Part shown: in pieces, positions 1-11,991 of the stretch
Layout of the letters: each line of letters starts with the position of its first letter
Numbering within the stretch: position 1 is the stretch's first letter
DNA from: Amoebophrya sp. A120
Taxonomy: Eukaryota; Protista; Dinoflagellata
DNA length: 64,000 bases
Direction of reading: 5' to 3'
Assembly (NCBI GenBank): GCA_905178155.1
Contig: CAJINV010000011.1
Location: forward strand, 581,982 to 645,981
Notes under the pieces: generated by a model
What the model was told of the DNA's origin: nothing
Database searches by the model: none
Seen by the model: the letters and a program-made list of their open reading frames with translations, nothing else
Translations under genes and position numbers: made by a program

Positions 1-83
1 AAATGCCGGAGCTGCATGTCGGAAGCAGCCTGGGCGGCGGCGGTGGTAACGGAGTTTTTCACTTTTGAAGATGCCATCTTCAT
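1..83 (-). CDS. 5' fragment of a second copy of hypothetical gene A (continues left of the window)
   Basis: Encodes MKMASSKVKNSVTTAAAQAASDMQLRH, identical to the N-terminus at 6524-6606. Confidence 0.6.
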   Translation of the reverse strand, partial: MKMASSKVKNSVTTAAAQAASDMQLRH

Positions 84-482
84 CTATAATTTCACGGAAA
101 GGTCTTATTTCGAAAGAAAAACAAAACGGGAACTTTCTCTGAACAAAAACTTTCTTTGTGCCACAATTTTTGGGGAACAACGAGGGTTGACTGTATGCGA
201 GCAAAAATTCCTTGTCCGAGTCTTTTCGATCATTTATTCTATCGAGTTCGAGGCACTGAACAAGTCGAAGCGACATGAAATCGAGACTCAGGTCAAAAAA
301 TCGAGTTGCGTTTTCAACATCTCGAGACGAAGATTACCAAGCGCGAGTTGTTTGTCAGCACCAAGAAAGCCTTGATGTTGTCCTGCAAAAAACCGGTACT
401 ATCGCTCGAAAGTGGAAACAAACTCAACACTCGGTGTCGGGTGCGAGAAAACGGAAAAAAACGAATAAGAAAGTCGAAATCA
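1..482. repeat. Segmental duplication, near-identical to about 6524-7004
   Basis: Direct sequence match (aaatgccggagctgcatgtcggaagc...aagtcgaaatcaa) with few substitutions or indels. Confidence 0.9.
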
Positions 483-1149
483 ATATCAACAACGTAAACG
501 AAAAATAATCGCGCAAGTAACGACCGAAATTTTGAAAGAAAAGTCCTGCACTATTGGCAGTTTTGGGCAGTCGAGCACTTGAAAAAACCTTGGGGCTCGA
601 ATAAGAAGAAAGAGGATGAGCCACCGAACCCGAAGCGCGTCAACATCATATTAATTCAACCAAGTGAAGAAATAACCCAGTGGTCGTCTCTCATAGAATT
701 CGGCTTCGGTCTCGCTTTCTATACATTTTGTTTCTCACCGTCCTCGACATAGATGCTTTTTCAGCAACACCATTTTTTTGCGTATTAAATCAACATACTT
801 AATGTTCAGCGAAGAAGTTCATTTCTCGTCCAAAAGAGCACAGTCTTCTATTTTGCACTATTGCCACTATTGGCCCAGTGTGCCTGCTGTTCCTACACGG
901 TGGTAAGCATCTTTTTCTCACTGCAGGTCGGGCATCCGGAAGCCCACCCGGATGGTTATGGGCGCGTCCAGCGGCTCGTTAGTGGCCCGCCGGTGCCTGT
1001 CGACGGCGCGCAGAAGGTCCAACCACTATGACAATGCACAACTCGTCCCGCCCCTCCTTGTCACATGTAGTTTTGCATGGGCAGCAATACAAAGACCCGC
1101 AGCACATCCAAATTAATATATTTATATATGGAAGAAAATGGGGCCGGAG

Positions 1150-1595
1150 AGGTTCCGGTAGAGGGTGGGGAGAGGTTTGATAGAGGTAAAATAGAGGTTG
1201 GGAGAGGTAAAGTAGAGGGTCGGGAAAAAATAGAGGGTCGGGGAGAGGTAAAACGAGAGGTAAAGGAGAGGGTAGGGAGAGGGTGGGTAGTATGTCCGCC
1301 CGTATAGCGGGGCTATACGCCCGAAGAGGGTAGGTAGAGGGTGGACAGAGGTCAAATAGAGGGTAGGGGGAGAGGGACGAGAGGGTCAGAGAGGGTGCGT
1401 AGTATAGAGCGACCCTCTATGTGACCCTCTACCGCGACCCTCTCCGGGAGCCTCTATTTTACCTCTCGGGGGACCCTCTCGGGACCTCTCCGACCCTCTC
1501 CGGGACCCTCTCGGACCCTCTCCTGGACCCTCTCATCGACCCTCTCGTCGACCCTCTCCTCGACCCTCTCATCGACCCTCTCCTCGACCCTCTCG
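1150..1595. repeat. Fold-back satellite: (GAGAGGGT/GAGGGTC)n followed by the complementary (GACCCTCTC)n
   Basis: Purine-rich array at about 1150-1400, pyrimidine-rich array at about 1410-1595, further GACCCTCTC copies at about 2430-2470. Confidence 0.7.
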
Positions 1596-3217
1596 CGGTG
1601 CTGCTCTTCCAAGGGCTTCGCGTTCTTCTTGGGCGCGGTTCATAACCGGGTCCACGTTCCCGGGGCGGCGTCGGGGTTTTGTTTTCAAGCGCGCGAAACG
1701 AGGAGCCGCGCAGCGCCCGCACCGTGCTGCCTGCGGGGGAGGGACAACAAACTCGGCGGCCTCTTGGGTGGCATGTGCGCAGAGGGTGGGCAGCGAGGGC
1801 TCGCGTCTTTTTGTTTTTGCCAGGCGATGGGGCCGATGGCTGCCCCTGCGTAATTTTGTTTGACCCGGTTCTAGGCAAGAAGCGAAGGAACCACCCCCCG
1901 CGACCGCCCCAGCCTTGCGCCTCGCCGGGCGTGTTTTTGGCCGCCAAACAAAAAACGAAGGACGCGCAGCGCACACCGCAGTAGCGCAGGGGGTGCGAGT
2001 CAGAAATTAAGGGGCGAGGAAAAAAAAGTCCCGGTCTGTCATGCTCTTTTCCTCAATTTGCTAGAACTTTTGGGCAAAATTCGCGAAAAGCTAGGCTTTC
2101 CGCATTACAGACCGCCGATTGGGAGGGAGCAAAATCGCACAAACAGCAACACAGGCCGACCAGTTACTTTTAAGAGATAACCCCCCGGAGTTTGTAACGC
2201 CGTCGCGAAATGCGGCGGAAACACAGAAACTCCACTGCTTCTCGCGGTGGTATGGTGGTGGTGGGGTTGACATGGGGCCAACGTCCACCACAGCGGTAAG
2301 CCCAAGGGGGCACGCGGTCGGTATGTTGCCACGCCTGCCGACCCGGCCGCCCCCAAGCGGGGCACAGAGCGCAGTCGCCTATCAGCCGGGGGCAGGAAGC
2401 GAAATTTTAAAACTTTATTTTTATTGGGCCTCTCCCGGACCCTCTCGCGGACCCTCTCGCGGACCACCTCCAGGAGCACAGCCTGCCCACTTGTCTGCGC
2501 GCGGCGCCCCCTAAAGAAACTCGCTAGGGCGCAGCGACCGGCTGGCATTGTTTCACTTCGCTTTCAGATCAGGGCGGCCGTTCAAAGTGCGTGCGCCGCT
2601 CTGCGTCCCCCAGAGGGGGCGCGGCGCCACGCCTTAACCTGGTCGGCCACCTAGGGTGGCCGCAACTTCTTTCCCACAGCGACCGCGCGCGCTGGCAGCA
2701 GGTGCGTCGCCCTTGTGGTGTCTTGAACGTTGGCGCCCGGAAATAGTTTCCTGCGCGCATTTTCCTACGGCGCGCAGGCAGCTACTAAGGCCGGGCATGC
2801 AGCAGCAGGTGGAAGTGTAGGACGCGCCCCGGCGCCGTCTATTAGTAACACAGGCAGGGCCCTTGAGGCGCGCCCCCCAGGGTGCCCACCGATGCCGAAA
2901 CATGGGCCGGGCTCTTTTTATTTGGTTGTGTAGCGGCGCGCTGCGATTCATTGCTGGCGCCACCTTCCCCACCGGGACACCTCCACCGAACAGCCCCCTC
3001 CCCGGCGGCCTTCGCCGGGGGGTGGCTGGTCATTATCATATGGAGCCTGTGCATGACACGTTCTTCATGCGCGTACTTTAGTACTGTTTGATCTTTATTT
3101 GCGGAATCTGTCATGCAAATAGTACCACGAGGGCAGCCGCAGCGCTTATATTTTTTGGTCTTTTGCATATTAACAAACAAGGGGGAGGGGTACTACAACT
3201 AGTTGTGCACCCTCATA

Positions 3218-6200
3218 ACCACGTATCAGTTTCGCGGAGAATCCGCGGATTCCGCTCCTCAGCCGATGCTTCCGACTCGCTCTCCCCCACGAAATCGTCG
3301 TCATCCAGCGGCACTGCGTCCGCGTTTCCAGAAATGCCGTCTGGGTGGTCATCGTCCTCCATCGGCACCACATCCGCGCAGCTACCGGCGGTGCCCGAGG
3401 TCTCGTCGGGCTGGTTTGTCCCGCCCGCGCCGTCGGAACAGCGGCCATTCGCGGACTCATCCTCCTCTCTCTCCTCGCCATCACTGTCGTCGCCATCTAT
3501 GCCTTGCTCAGATGTTACAATCTCGAACGTTTACAATTATAAAAATCCGGATTTGTGCTGCTAGAAGAACTTCTCGTCAGCAATCACAAACACAATTCGA
3601 CCTTACTGTGACACAGCAAGGTCAGATTGTGATTCCGCGTGACAGGTGCTAGAGCGGCCAACCACGTGAGAATTCTGTTCTGGTGAAATTTGTGGATGCA
3701 AAAAATACAAGACTCTCTATGTTCCTCATGCTGTTCTTCATCCAAGGTAAATTCCAGACTCTATTGCAACGTTTGAGATTGTAACACCTGACAAGGTCAT
3801 ACGGTCGCTGACGCTTTCTTCCTGCTCGTCCTCCGCTGGGGAAGGTTCCTCAAAGAGTCCGTCCACAGAAAACGAGAGGTGCTCGAAAGTACGGTTCTCG
3901 CAGGCAGCGAGCTGCTCAGTCGGCGCGTGCAGTGACTCGCACCAGCTAGAGGCTTCGTCAAAGTGAAGTTTCAGCAGCTGCTGCCCTTCGGGAGTCCGGG
4001 TCGCCTGCACAAGCTGGACTAGGGTGCGGAGCTCGCTGACGCATGCCTCCGCTTCCGATCTGGTAGCAACACCAGGCACGCGGAACTTGCGCTCGCGAAG
4101 TCGGTTGGCCACGTAGACTGCTAATTTGTCTGCTTCATCAGCACCACCATCTGCCTGCTCAACCTTGATTTGGATGGCGTCCGCCTCCGGGTCGGGAGCC
4201 GCGTCCCCCGGAAAGACAACCCGCACGTCGGCATCGAGCAGTCCAAACGCGCCCAGCGAGGCGTTTCCTCGCGCAGTAGATTTTTGCACCCCCTGAATCT
4301 GAAGCGAGAGGAAGGTGCCGGAAATGGTGTCTACTTTGAAAATAGCAGCGATGTGCTTCTGCTTGAACTCGAAGCGCGGTTTGACGGAGAACGGATCGAG
4401 CCGCGGCAACTTGGGTAGCTCCCCAATTTTAAGGCCAAGTCCACTCCACACCGGCGTCAAGTTTTCGCTTCTCCACAAACACTTCTGGTCGTAGATGAGG
4501 TGATGCCGTTTGTGATACTCTTCATGCATTGCAAACATGTCTTGGTCTGGAACACAGTAACTGGTGATGCTACGTCTACACCCTGCAAGAATCTGTGTTA
4601 CATGTCTGCCAGCAGTTGTCCACTTTTGACCAAGTTGAGAGGGAGTTTCTCACGCATGACAGGCATGATAGAGGTCGCACAGAATCTGTCATGCCAGGTC
4701 CTGCATTGCAGACCTCATGGGTCACGGAAAATCTGCATGACAAGCTTCCACACTGCCAGACCCAGACACGTTTGCATTTGATACTTTTGGTTCCACAGCA
4801 ACTTCTCCTTCTCGGAGGACACCTTGAGACTCAGTGAGCTAGTATCAAAAGGAAAAATCCCCCCGCCCCATATCGAAATGGAAATCTGTGACGCAGGATT
4901 TGTGTACACAAATTTGTCTTGCGGTGAAGGACTGCAGACAGATACAAAGTCCGGAACGGGGTGGCTTAGGGTAGGTACTTAGCATGGCAGACGTCTGCCC
5001 TAGTAGCGCAGCAGCGTTACAAATCGCCTGCGAAATGCAGCGGAAGCCGTGGCTTTGCTCTCTTGCAAGACAGACTCGATTTGTGACGACCACAAAGCAG
5101 CATCACAAATTTTGAAAAGCACGCCTTTTCGATATGGGGAGGGGGGATTTTTCGTCACAATAGCCAGACGGTAGCCCCCCCGCTGCTTCCATCTTTCCGG
5201 GGAGACTCACCGCGAACTCTCCCGCCAAAAGGTCAAGCTCACGAGAAAGCGCCATGTGGAGGGTGTGCAGCACGTAAAATTCTTTGCGTAGCGAAGGGAC
5301 GGAGTGGTAATGAAATCTAATATTTCCGGGAGTCGGAGGTGGAAATCCTCTGTCTACGCTGCGTTCTGCGAGTTAGTATGAATTTGTTTCGAAATTATTT
5401 TTTCCTCGTCCAAGGAACAATACTCAGCTTTTCACGTAACGAAGATAGTTAAGCGGATCTTTTTTACGAGCGACAGCACAAAAACAAAGACAATTGCACC
5501 TAAAAATCTGAAAAGATACCTGTGATGAGCTCGACCAGCAGCTGCCGTCCACTCGCAATCACCATTCCCCCTGCATTCACAACACAAAACTCCACGGCGG
5601 GTGCCAGAAGATGAGACTCCTTCGGCTGCACGAAGTCGGGGTTTTTCCAGCAGACACGGGCACCCATCCGTTCCATCGAAGCGCCGGACCACATTGCAAT
5701 AATCCGGTGCATGATCGAAGTGGAGGGAGCGGACTTCGTGCCACTGTCGGGTTTGATCTTTCGCGCTGCGTCGCAGATGCCCTTTACTTCACGCTTGTAG
5801 CTGCCGTGTATCCGCTGCAGATCGGAGATGATATAGTCCAGCGCATGGACATGCTTGTAGTAGCAGCGCTTTTTCGACTCCAGCAGCTCATCGTATTCGA
5901 CCAGTTTTTCCGCACGGTGGTATTCCTCGGCCGTGGACAAGGCTGCAGCGGTGTACTCAAGACACTTCCAAAGCCCCGGCTTATTCTTGAATGCGTCGTC
6001 GACACCTGCGATACAATTGCTCGTTGTGCGAGAAGATTCCGCCGGAAGAACTTGCCCTGCTCTCTCAGCAGCGGTCCCTTCATCTTCCTCGCCACCAGAT
6101 CTTGCCTGAAGATCCTCGTCGTGATGGCACGTAGATGGTACTACGTTTGTTGACTCAGCACTGCGGAACCAGTCATGTTCCAATCCGACGACAGCCGCAA

Positions 6201-6606
6201 GCTCCTCCGCCACCTGAAACGCGTCGAGGGTCCTCAAGGCCGCGGGCAAGATCGTCAGTACGGCACCAGGCTCCAGCAGGACAACCGACGGTGCGGCGCC
6301 GAATTCATGAGGGTCTGGTCCCTCGATAGCGCCGGGTAGTTCGTTCGAAGGAGGAGGACTGGAGGAAGATTCGCCGGAGGAAGATTCATCTTTGGAGGGC
6401 GCACTGGGGCGGACCGCACGCACCCTCTGCAGCAACTCGTCATATGCCGTACTCCCTGGCTCCCACCCCATCGCGGTTTCCAACGCAGATCGCGTGAAAA
6501 AGGCCCCTTCTTCAGGAACGGAGAAATGCCGGAGCTGCATGTCGGAAGCAGCCTGGGCGGCGGCGGTGGTAACGGAGTTTTTCACTTTTGAAGATGCCAT
6601 CTTCAT
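3218..6606 (-). CDS. Hypothetical protein A (multi-exon, acidic C-terminus; 3' end uncertain)
   Basis: ORFs 5500-6606 and 3738-4538. Removing introners joins LLWNQK|YHKRHH and SVSDR|DDSDGEE in frame. The link between 5500 and 5163 is assumed to be a canonical intron. Confidence 0.6.
3498..3801. mobile_element. Introner, family H (TIR TATG..TCAG.TGTTACAATCTC.AACG)
   Basis: TIRs; flanks ccatc/cggtc. Confidence 0.8.
4523..4783. mobile_element. Introner, family A (TIR TATCAAATGCAAA.ATGTCTGGGTCTGG)
   Basis: TIRs; left end CA instead of TA; flanks ctctt/ctttt. Confidence 0.8.
4843..5162. mobile_element. Introner, family D (TIR TATC...GGAAAAATCCCCC.CCCCATATC)
   Basis: TIRs; flanks gctag/gccag. 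Confidence 0.85.
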
Positions 6607-7583
6607 CTATAATTTCACGGAAAGGTCTTATTTCGAAAAAAAAACAAAACGGGAACTTTCTCTGAACAAAAACTTTCTTTGTGCCACAATTTTTGGGGAA
6701 CAACGAGGGTTGACTGTATGCGAGCAAAAATTCCTTGTCCGAGTCTTTTCGATCATTTATTCTATCGAGTTCGTGGCACTGAACCAGTCCAAGCGACATA
6801 AAATCGAGACTGCTCAGGTCAAAAGATCGAGTTGCGTTTTCAACATCTCCAGACGAAGATTACTAAGCGCGAGTTGTTTGTCAGCACGAAGAAAGCCTTG
6901 ATGTTGTCCTGCAAAAAACCGGTACTATCGCTCGGAAGTGGAAACAAACTCAACACTCGGTGTCGGGTGTGAAAAAACGAAAAAAAACGAATAAGTCGAA
7001 ATCAACGCACTTAAACGACTCATCGCGACATCTGCGCAAGTAAAAACCGAAATTTCGGAAAGAAAAGATTTTAAAAACAGCAGCGAGCGCTGCGTGCTTT
7101 CAAAATGAGATCTCTTCCAAAAAAAAGAACAATGAGTACGCACCAGATAAGGCGCCTCGTTACGCAATATATTCCATGTTGTCACAGGCCACCAAAGTCC
7201 CGCTGACTTGAGCTTGACAAAGTTCATCCTCGTAAGTATAATATCTGTTGCAGCAAAACTCATTTCTCTTCTTCAAGGCGCAATCTACGCAAAAAGCGGG
7301 CAAGGCGCAATCTTTCGCAAGCGCGAAAGCGGATATTGGCGCTCTGCCACCAGCCTTCAAATCCTTTCTTCCATAGTGTACAGAAACTCCTGCGCTTGTT
7401 ATTTCCACGAACTGCCTTCAACGGCTGCTCATGGTGTGACGCCTGCGACGGAAAACAATTACACGCGCTCCTGGAGAAACAGAGTAGACGATGAAGGTAC
7501 TTATGCTAGTGCTGTTTTTTGACAGTGGAGGACGCTCCGTGTCTTTTGTTTTGGTCCGACGTGGATCTCTACTGCAATTTCTA

Positions 7584-10500
7584 TTAACCGGTCGTATTTA
7601 TGTCCTCGTCCTCGAGATCAGAATCAGAATCGAAGAGCGTCGAACCGCGCGTCCGCGGCGTCCCGGAGCCAGTACTACTTGCCCAGCTATGATGCCTGCT
7701 GCCCCGGGACAACAACTTGCGACGAACCGCCGGATCTCCCGCTGGTCGTCCATGTTGTAGTTCTGGCTGCTGCCGAGAACCACGAGAAGCTCCTGCCGGT
7801 GGCGGGACGCGACAAATGCGCGCGCTTTGCAGCCCGGTCCGCAGGAGCCGCAGCAGCGTCCGAATTTCCGCCTTTGCAAACGGATCCGCGGTGTAGGCTG
7901 CGGCACAGTGGTCCAGTGGCGCTAGTGGTTCCGGAACGACCTTTACCGGCACATATGGAGGAGGCAAACCGGACGAGTAGGAGTGAAGCACTGTATGAAC
8001 TGCAAAAGTATCGTACTCGTATAGATGCATTTTTTCTCAGCATGAGAAATAAAATTTGTAATGCGGATTTACCTTAAGAAAGAAATTTGTAATGCATGAA
8101 TGCGATTAGTACGAGTACGATACTTTTGTACAGGATACACTGCGGCGCCGACCAACTCCGTCAGCACGTCGAATCGCAAGGCGGCGATGGACTCCTCCTC
8201 CGCCTCAGAAACCGCAAAGTTGACGACGGGGCGGCCGACCGCGTCCGTGCAGACGTCGGCTACCAGTGCGGCGAGTTCGCCGGCCAGCCGACATAGACTC
8301 CCCCCGCCATCCCACAACACCATCTTCGCCAGATTCGCCAGCGCCGTCCCCTGCGCCAGAAAGTACAGTCCCGTCTCGCGCGGCGCACAGCTCCCGAACA
8401 GCGGTTCCCCGAGCGCGAGGCGCACCAGCATTTCCTGAACCGCTTGCACCGCGAGCAGACCCGCGTGCGTGACAGAAGCACAGGCTGTGGTCGACAGAAA
8501 TTGTAACGGAGATGCTCCTGCTGGGCCAGCAGGCTGTTGCGCTGCAGCTTCTAGGATATTGATTCCGCCCTGCAAGGAGCGCGACAAAAACGTCGACGAC
8601 GCAGACGTTCCAGCATTGATTGTACCACTACTACCACCTGTTGTTCCACCTTCGATCACCGCGGCGGCTGCTGCTGAGAAGGCACTCGCACCCGTCATCG
8701 CCGCAGCGCCCGCACACGGCCCGCTGCGGATAAAGTCCGCCAACGTGTCGCGCGCCATCTGCAGCTGCTGCAGTGGCTCGAGAAAGGTCGCCGACGGACG
8801 CACGTGGGGAGCGCGGACGGGGCGCACCCGGAGACACTGCACGGCGAAGACGCGCAATGTCCAAGCGAGGAGTTGCCCGTACTTGTTTTTCCGCCCGCAC
8901 AAACTTTTCAAAGCGTCCTCGGTCACGAACGCCAGCGCGAGATTGCGCAGCAACGCCAGCGCGAGCCCGAGCCGCGCCAGGTCGTCGTCGGACACCCCCT
9001 TTTCGTTCCCCCGCAAACCAGAGTACGTCGTGTCGTGCAGGAACCCGATTGCGTTCGCGAGAACCACCAGCTGTGCGGCCCACCGCGCCGCCCGCAAGCA
9101 CGAGGCCGAGATTCTGCCGATGTGTCGGGTGCACTCCCCCAGCCGATGTTGAGCTATCAAATGTAAAAGTGTCTGGGTCTGGAAACTTGTGATGCTGTGT
9201 GGCGTATCATGAGGAGGCGACAATTGCTGGCTCAGCATGATAAGTTTTTGAGCTTCTAGAGGTTGCCTATTCTGCATGACAAACTACGTTTCTGCATGAC
9301 AGAAAAGTAGGGCTCTTTGGTAATGTGCATGACAGATTTAAGAATCACGCCAGACAAGCATGACAAACTTGCATTCTTCCAGACCCAGACATTTTTACAT
9401 TTGATATGAACGTGTGCCGCTCGACTGGAATTCATCTCCGCCGTCTCATCGGCTCCTGGTCCTCGCGGCGGACCCGCAGATGAAGTACCGCTGCTACTGA
9501 TTTCACGTGCAAATCGCCGCAACCGCTCGACGCGGAACAGTTTTGCGAGCGCGCGGCCGCAAGTTGCACCGGCCCAGCGGATATCAAATGCAAATACGTC
9601 TGGGTCCTCTGGAACAAAGCAACTTGTCATGCTAAATCTGAATCATGGAAAATAAATCTGTGTTGCATGATTACCGAATAAAGTTGTCCACTTTTGACAT
9701 AATCGAGAGGCAGTTTCTCATGCAGGAGAGGCATGATAGAGCTCTCACAGAATCTGTCATGCTATGTCCTAAATACCAGACCTCATGGGTCATGGAGAAC
9801 CTGCATGACAAGTCTGGCATTCTTCCAGACCCAGATCGATATTTGCATTTGATAGCGGAGGCACTGCGGAACCACTACTCCCGGCGCTCGGCTGGGAGTA
9901 GTCCTAACCCAAGAAGGTGGTTGTTCCCCGCCGTCTACGACTCTGTCGACCAGAGTCAGGAATTGCGCAAGCAGGTGGTTGGCTTGCTGGTCTACGGAGC
10001 TGTTCTTGTTCGACCTTGCAGTTACTCTACCTCGTCGCGAGGTAGTACAACTAGTTGATGGCATCATCATCTCCACGGGATTCAGCGCCAGTATTTCCTC
10101 GGTCTCGGTTATCGCAAGAAAAAAGTGTTACAGTTACACACTGTGTTGCAAGACCGGCAACACAGACAACCTTTCTCGTGCAGAAAATGCTTCGGAGCCT
10201 CGTTTCCTTCCTGTTTTCCCTTATGATCTTCGCATTGCAAGTTTTCTCTGTCACACAGAGAAAATTTGTGATGCAGAAACTCCAACAAATGTGTAACTGT
10301 AACACTTTTTTCTCGTGATATCGGTCCGGCACACAGGACACCGGCCCTGGTACGTCCGCGCTCGCCGCATCTGCGAATAGCACTTCCCGTGAATAAAATG
10401 TCCACACGGCCACAGACCGAAGCTGATGCGGCTTGATGTTTGTCCTGCTGGGTCTTGATGTTCCCGGACACATACAGGCTCCAGACAGATCGGGCACGAG

Positions 10501-11095
10501 ACTCCTTCTGGTGCTGATGTCGCCGCATAATAGTTCGGTCCGGTTCGTTGGTTCGATGCTGCATGACCTGGTCTAGTACCTCTTCCTGCAGATGACGAAC
10601 TGGTGCTGCCCGTGCTTTTTGTACTAGACCAACTGCTGCTGCTGCTGCTGCCGTGCGATTCACCTTCTACCTCGCCGGCGCTGTTCTGCAGGTCTACTAC
10701 ACACGTGAGAAACGCGCTTAGTTGCCGCGATTTCTCCCGCGAAAAAACCGACTGCCCGGACGGAGCGTCGGTTTTGTTTCCTCGAGAATTATTTCGTGGT
10801 CCTCTCCCCCCTGCTGCCCCACCTCCGGACGCCGACCGGAGAAAGGATCTGCGCTTGGCTTCCGCAAAAAGCAGAGTGTGACTGGAGGTCCTCGACGCCC
10901 CAAATGAAGGGCGTGGGACACCACGAGGACCACCTGGCGGGGTCGTGTCCCCCAGTCGTTCCTCCACTGCTCCCAGCAGCTCCTCCACGACGTGCTGCAG
11001 TCGGATCGTAAAAAATGCCGCGCACCAAACCGCAATTCCAGCCAGGGAAGTGAGGCGAGAAAGAAACATTTGCTTGTGATTTCGTCCTGGCATCA
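7584..11095 (-). CDS. RING-H2 (C3H2C3) zinc-finger protein, putative E3 ubiquitin ligase; 4 introners
   Basis: CPICLEP...WPCGHFIHGKC...CPVCR at about 10325-10500. All four junctions are in frame (RT E|TEE, CLR|WAG, HVQ|HRL, AAV|LHS). Start codon uncertain. Confidence 0.8.
7994..8137. mobile_element. Introner, family F (TIR TAT....GCAAAAGTATCGTACTCGT)
   Basis: TIRs; perfect TSD cactg. Confidence 0.9.
9155..9406. mobile_element. Introner, family A
   Basis: TIRs; flanks tgagc/tgaac. Confidence 0.9.
9582..9854. mobile_element. Introner, family A
   Basis: TIRs; perfect TSD gcgga. Confidence 0.9.
10110..10320. mobile_element. Introner, family E (TIR TATC.C.AGAAAAAAGTGTTACAGTTACACA)
   Basis: TIRs; perfect TSD tcggt. 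Confidence 0.9.
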
Positions 11096-11991
11096 TCAAC
11101 CGTTTGCTGCGATCTTCAAAAATAAAGTGGAACTCTGACTGCAACTATCCACCCGGAGCCGAAGTGAGTAGTCAGGCTGTATCTAAACTACTTACATTAA
11201 AGCAAAACCAACAAAATTTCTGTGCATAGTATCAAGAAGTCAGCAGCTGCCCCGCCGCAGCAGAAGCATTATCAGAAGAGTATAGCTCTATGAACTGCAC
11301 GAAGAAAGAACTGTCACTGACAAATATTGCCCCGATCCGAATCTTTCAAAAAATGCTGCAGCTCGCCGAAAGAAGTTGCCTTTTGCTTGCTCTCTAGTCA
11401 CCAGCTGCAAGAAATGAATACAAGAAAAACGCTGCAAGGAACGAATGGTGTAGTTCGACGCACGCTGACGCTGATCTTGTATAGGAATATCTCACAGCTA
11501 TCATCTTCGCTTAAAAGTAGACAATGCGAATTGCTCTTCTCGTCAGGAAAAAAACGAGGCACCTCAGTTACATAATTGTCGATCTTTTGATCCTTCTTTC
11601 ATCCAGAGCCGCGGCTCACATCATGACGGAGTGCGATTCGTTACCGAGCTGAACGACTGTTCCACTCTCTTGCTGTTCCTGAACAAGTAAGCGCTAGGAC
11701 AAACACTACTTAACTACAGAGTGTGAGTCTGAGTGGGTAGTACTTTATCGGCAGATCAAACACTAGCTCCTTCCGGCACAGCTTCCAGATATTGCAAAAA
11801 AGTTTTGCTCTTTTTTTTTAAACTACAAATCACAAAGCTAAAACTGCGAGAAAGTTCTGTAACGACATCAGATCGGAAATGGTGGTGATCCAGGCTCGTC
11901 ATCACTGATTTTTCGCGGTTCCTGTTCGTGGTCCGCTCTTCTATCGGCACGATCGCAAATCAATGAGCAATGAAACGACAACTGCGCCTCG

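Noticed and set aside
1077-3180. Many short GC-rich ORFs
   Set aside because: They are translations of repeats or low-complexity DNA with no recognisable motifs.
3035-3217. Complete family C introner
   Set aside because: Only the right TIR is recognisable; no matching left TIR or TSD was found.
9645-10058. Recurrent short ORFs with PDPDIFAFD / [10 protein letters not shown] peptides as a protein family or transposase
   Set aside because: These peptides are translations of the family A TIR, not genes; no DDE-type or other transposase ORF is evident in the window.
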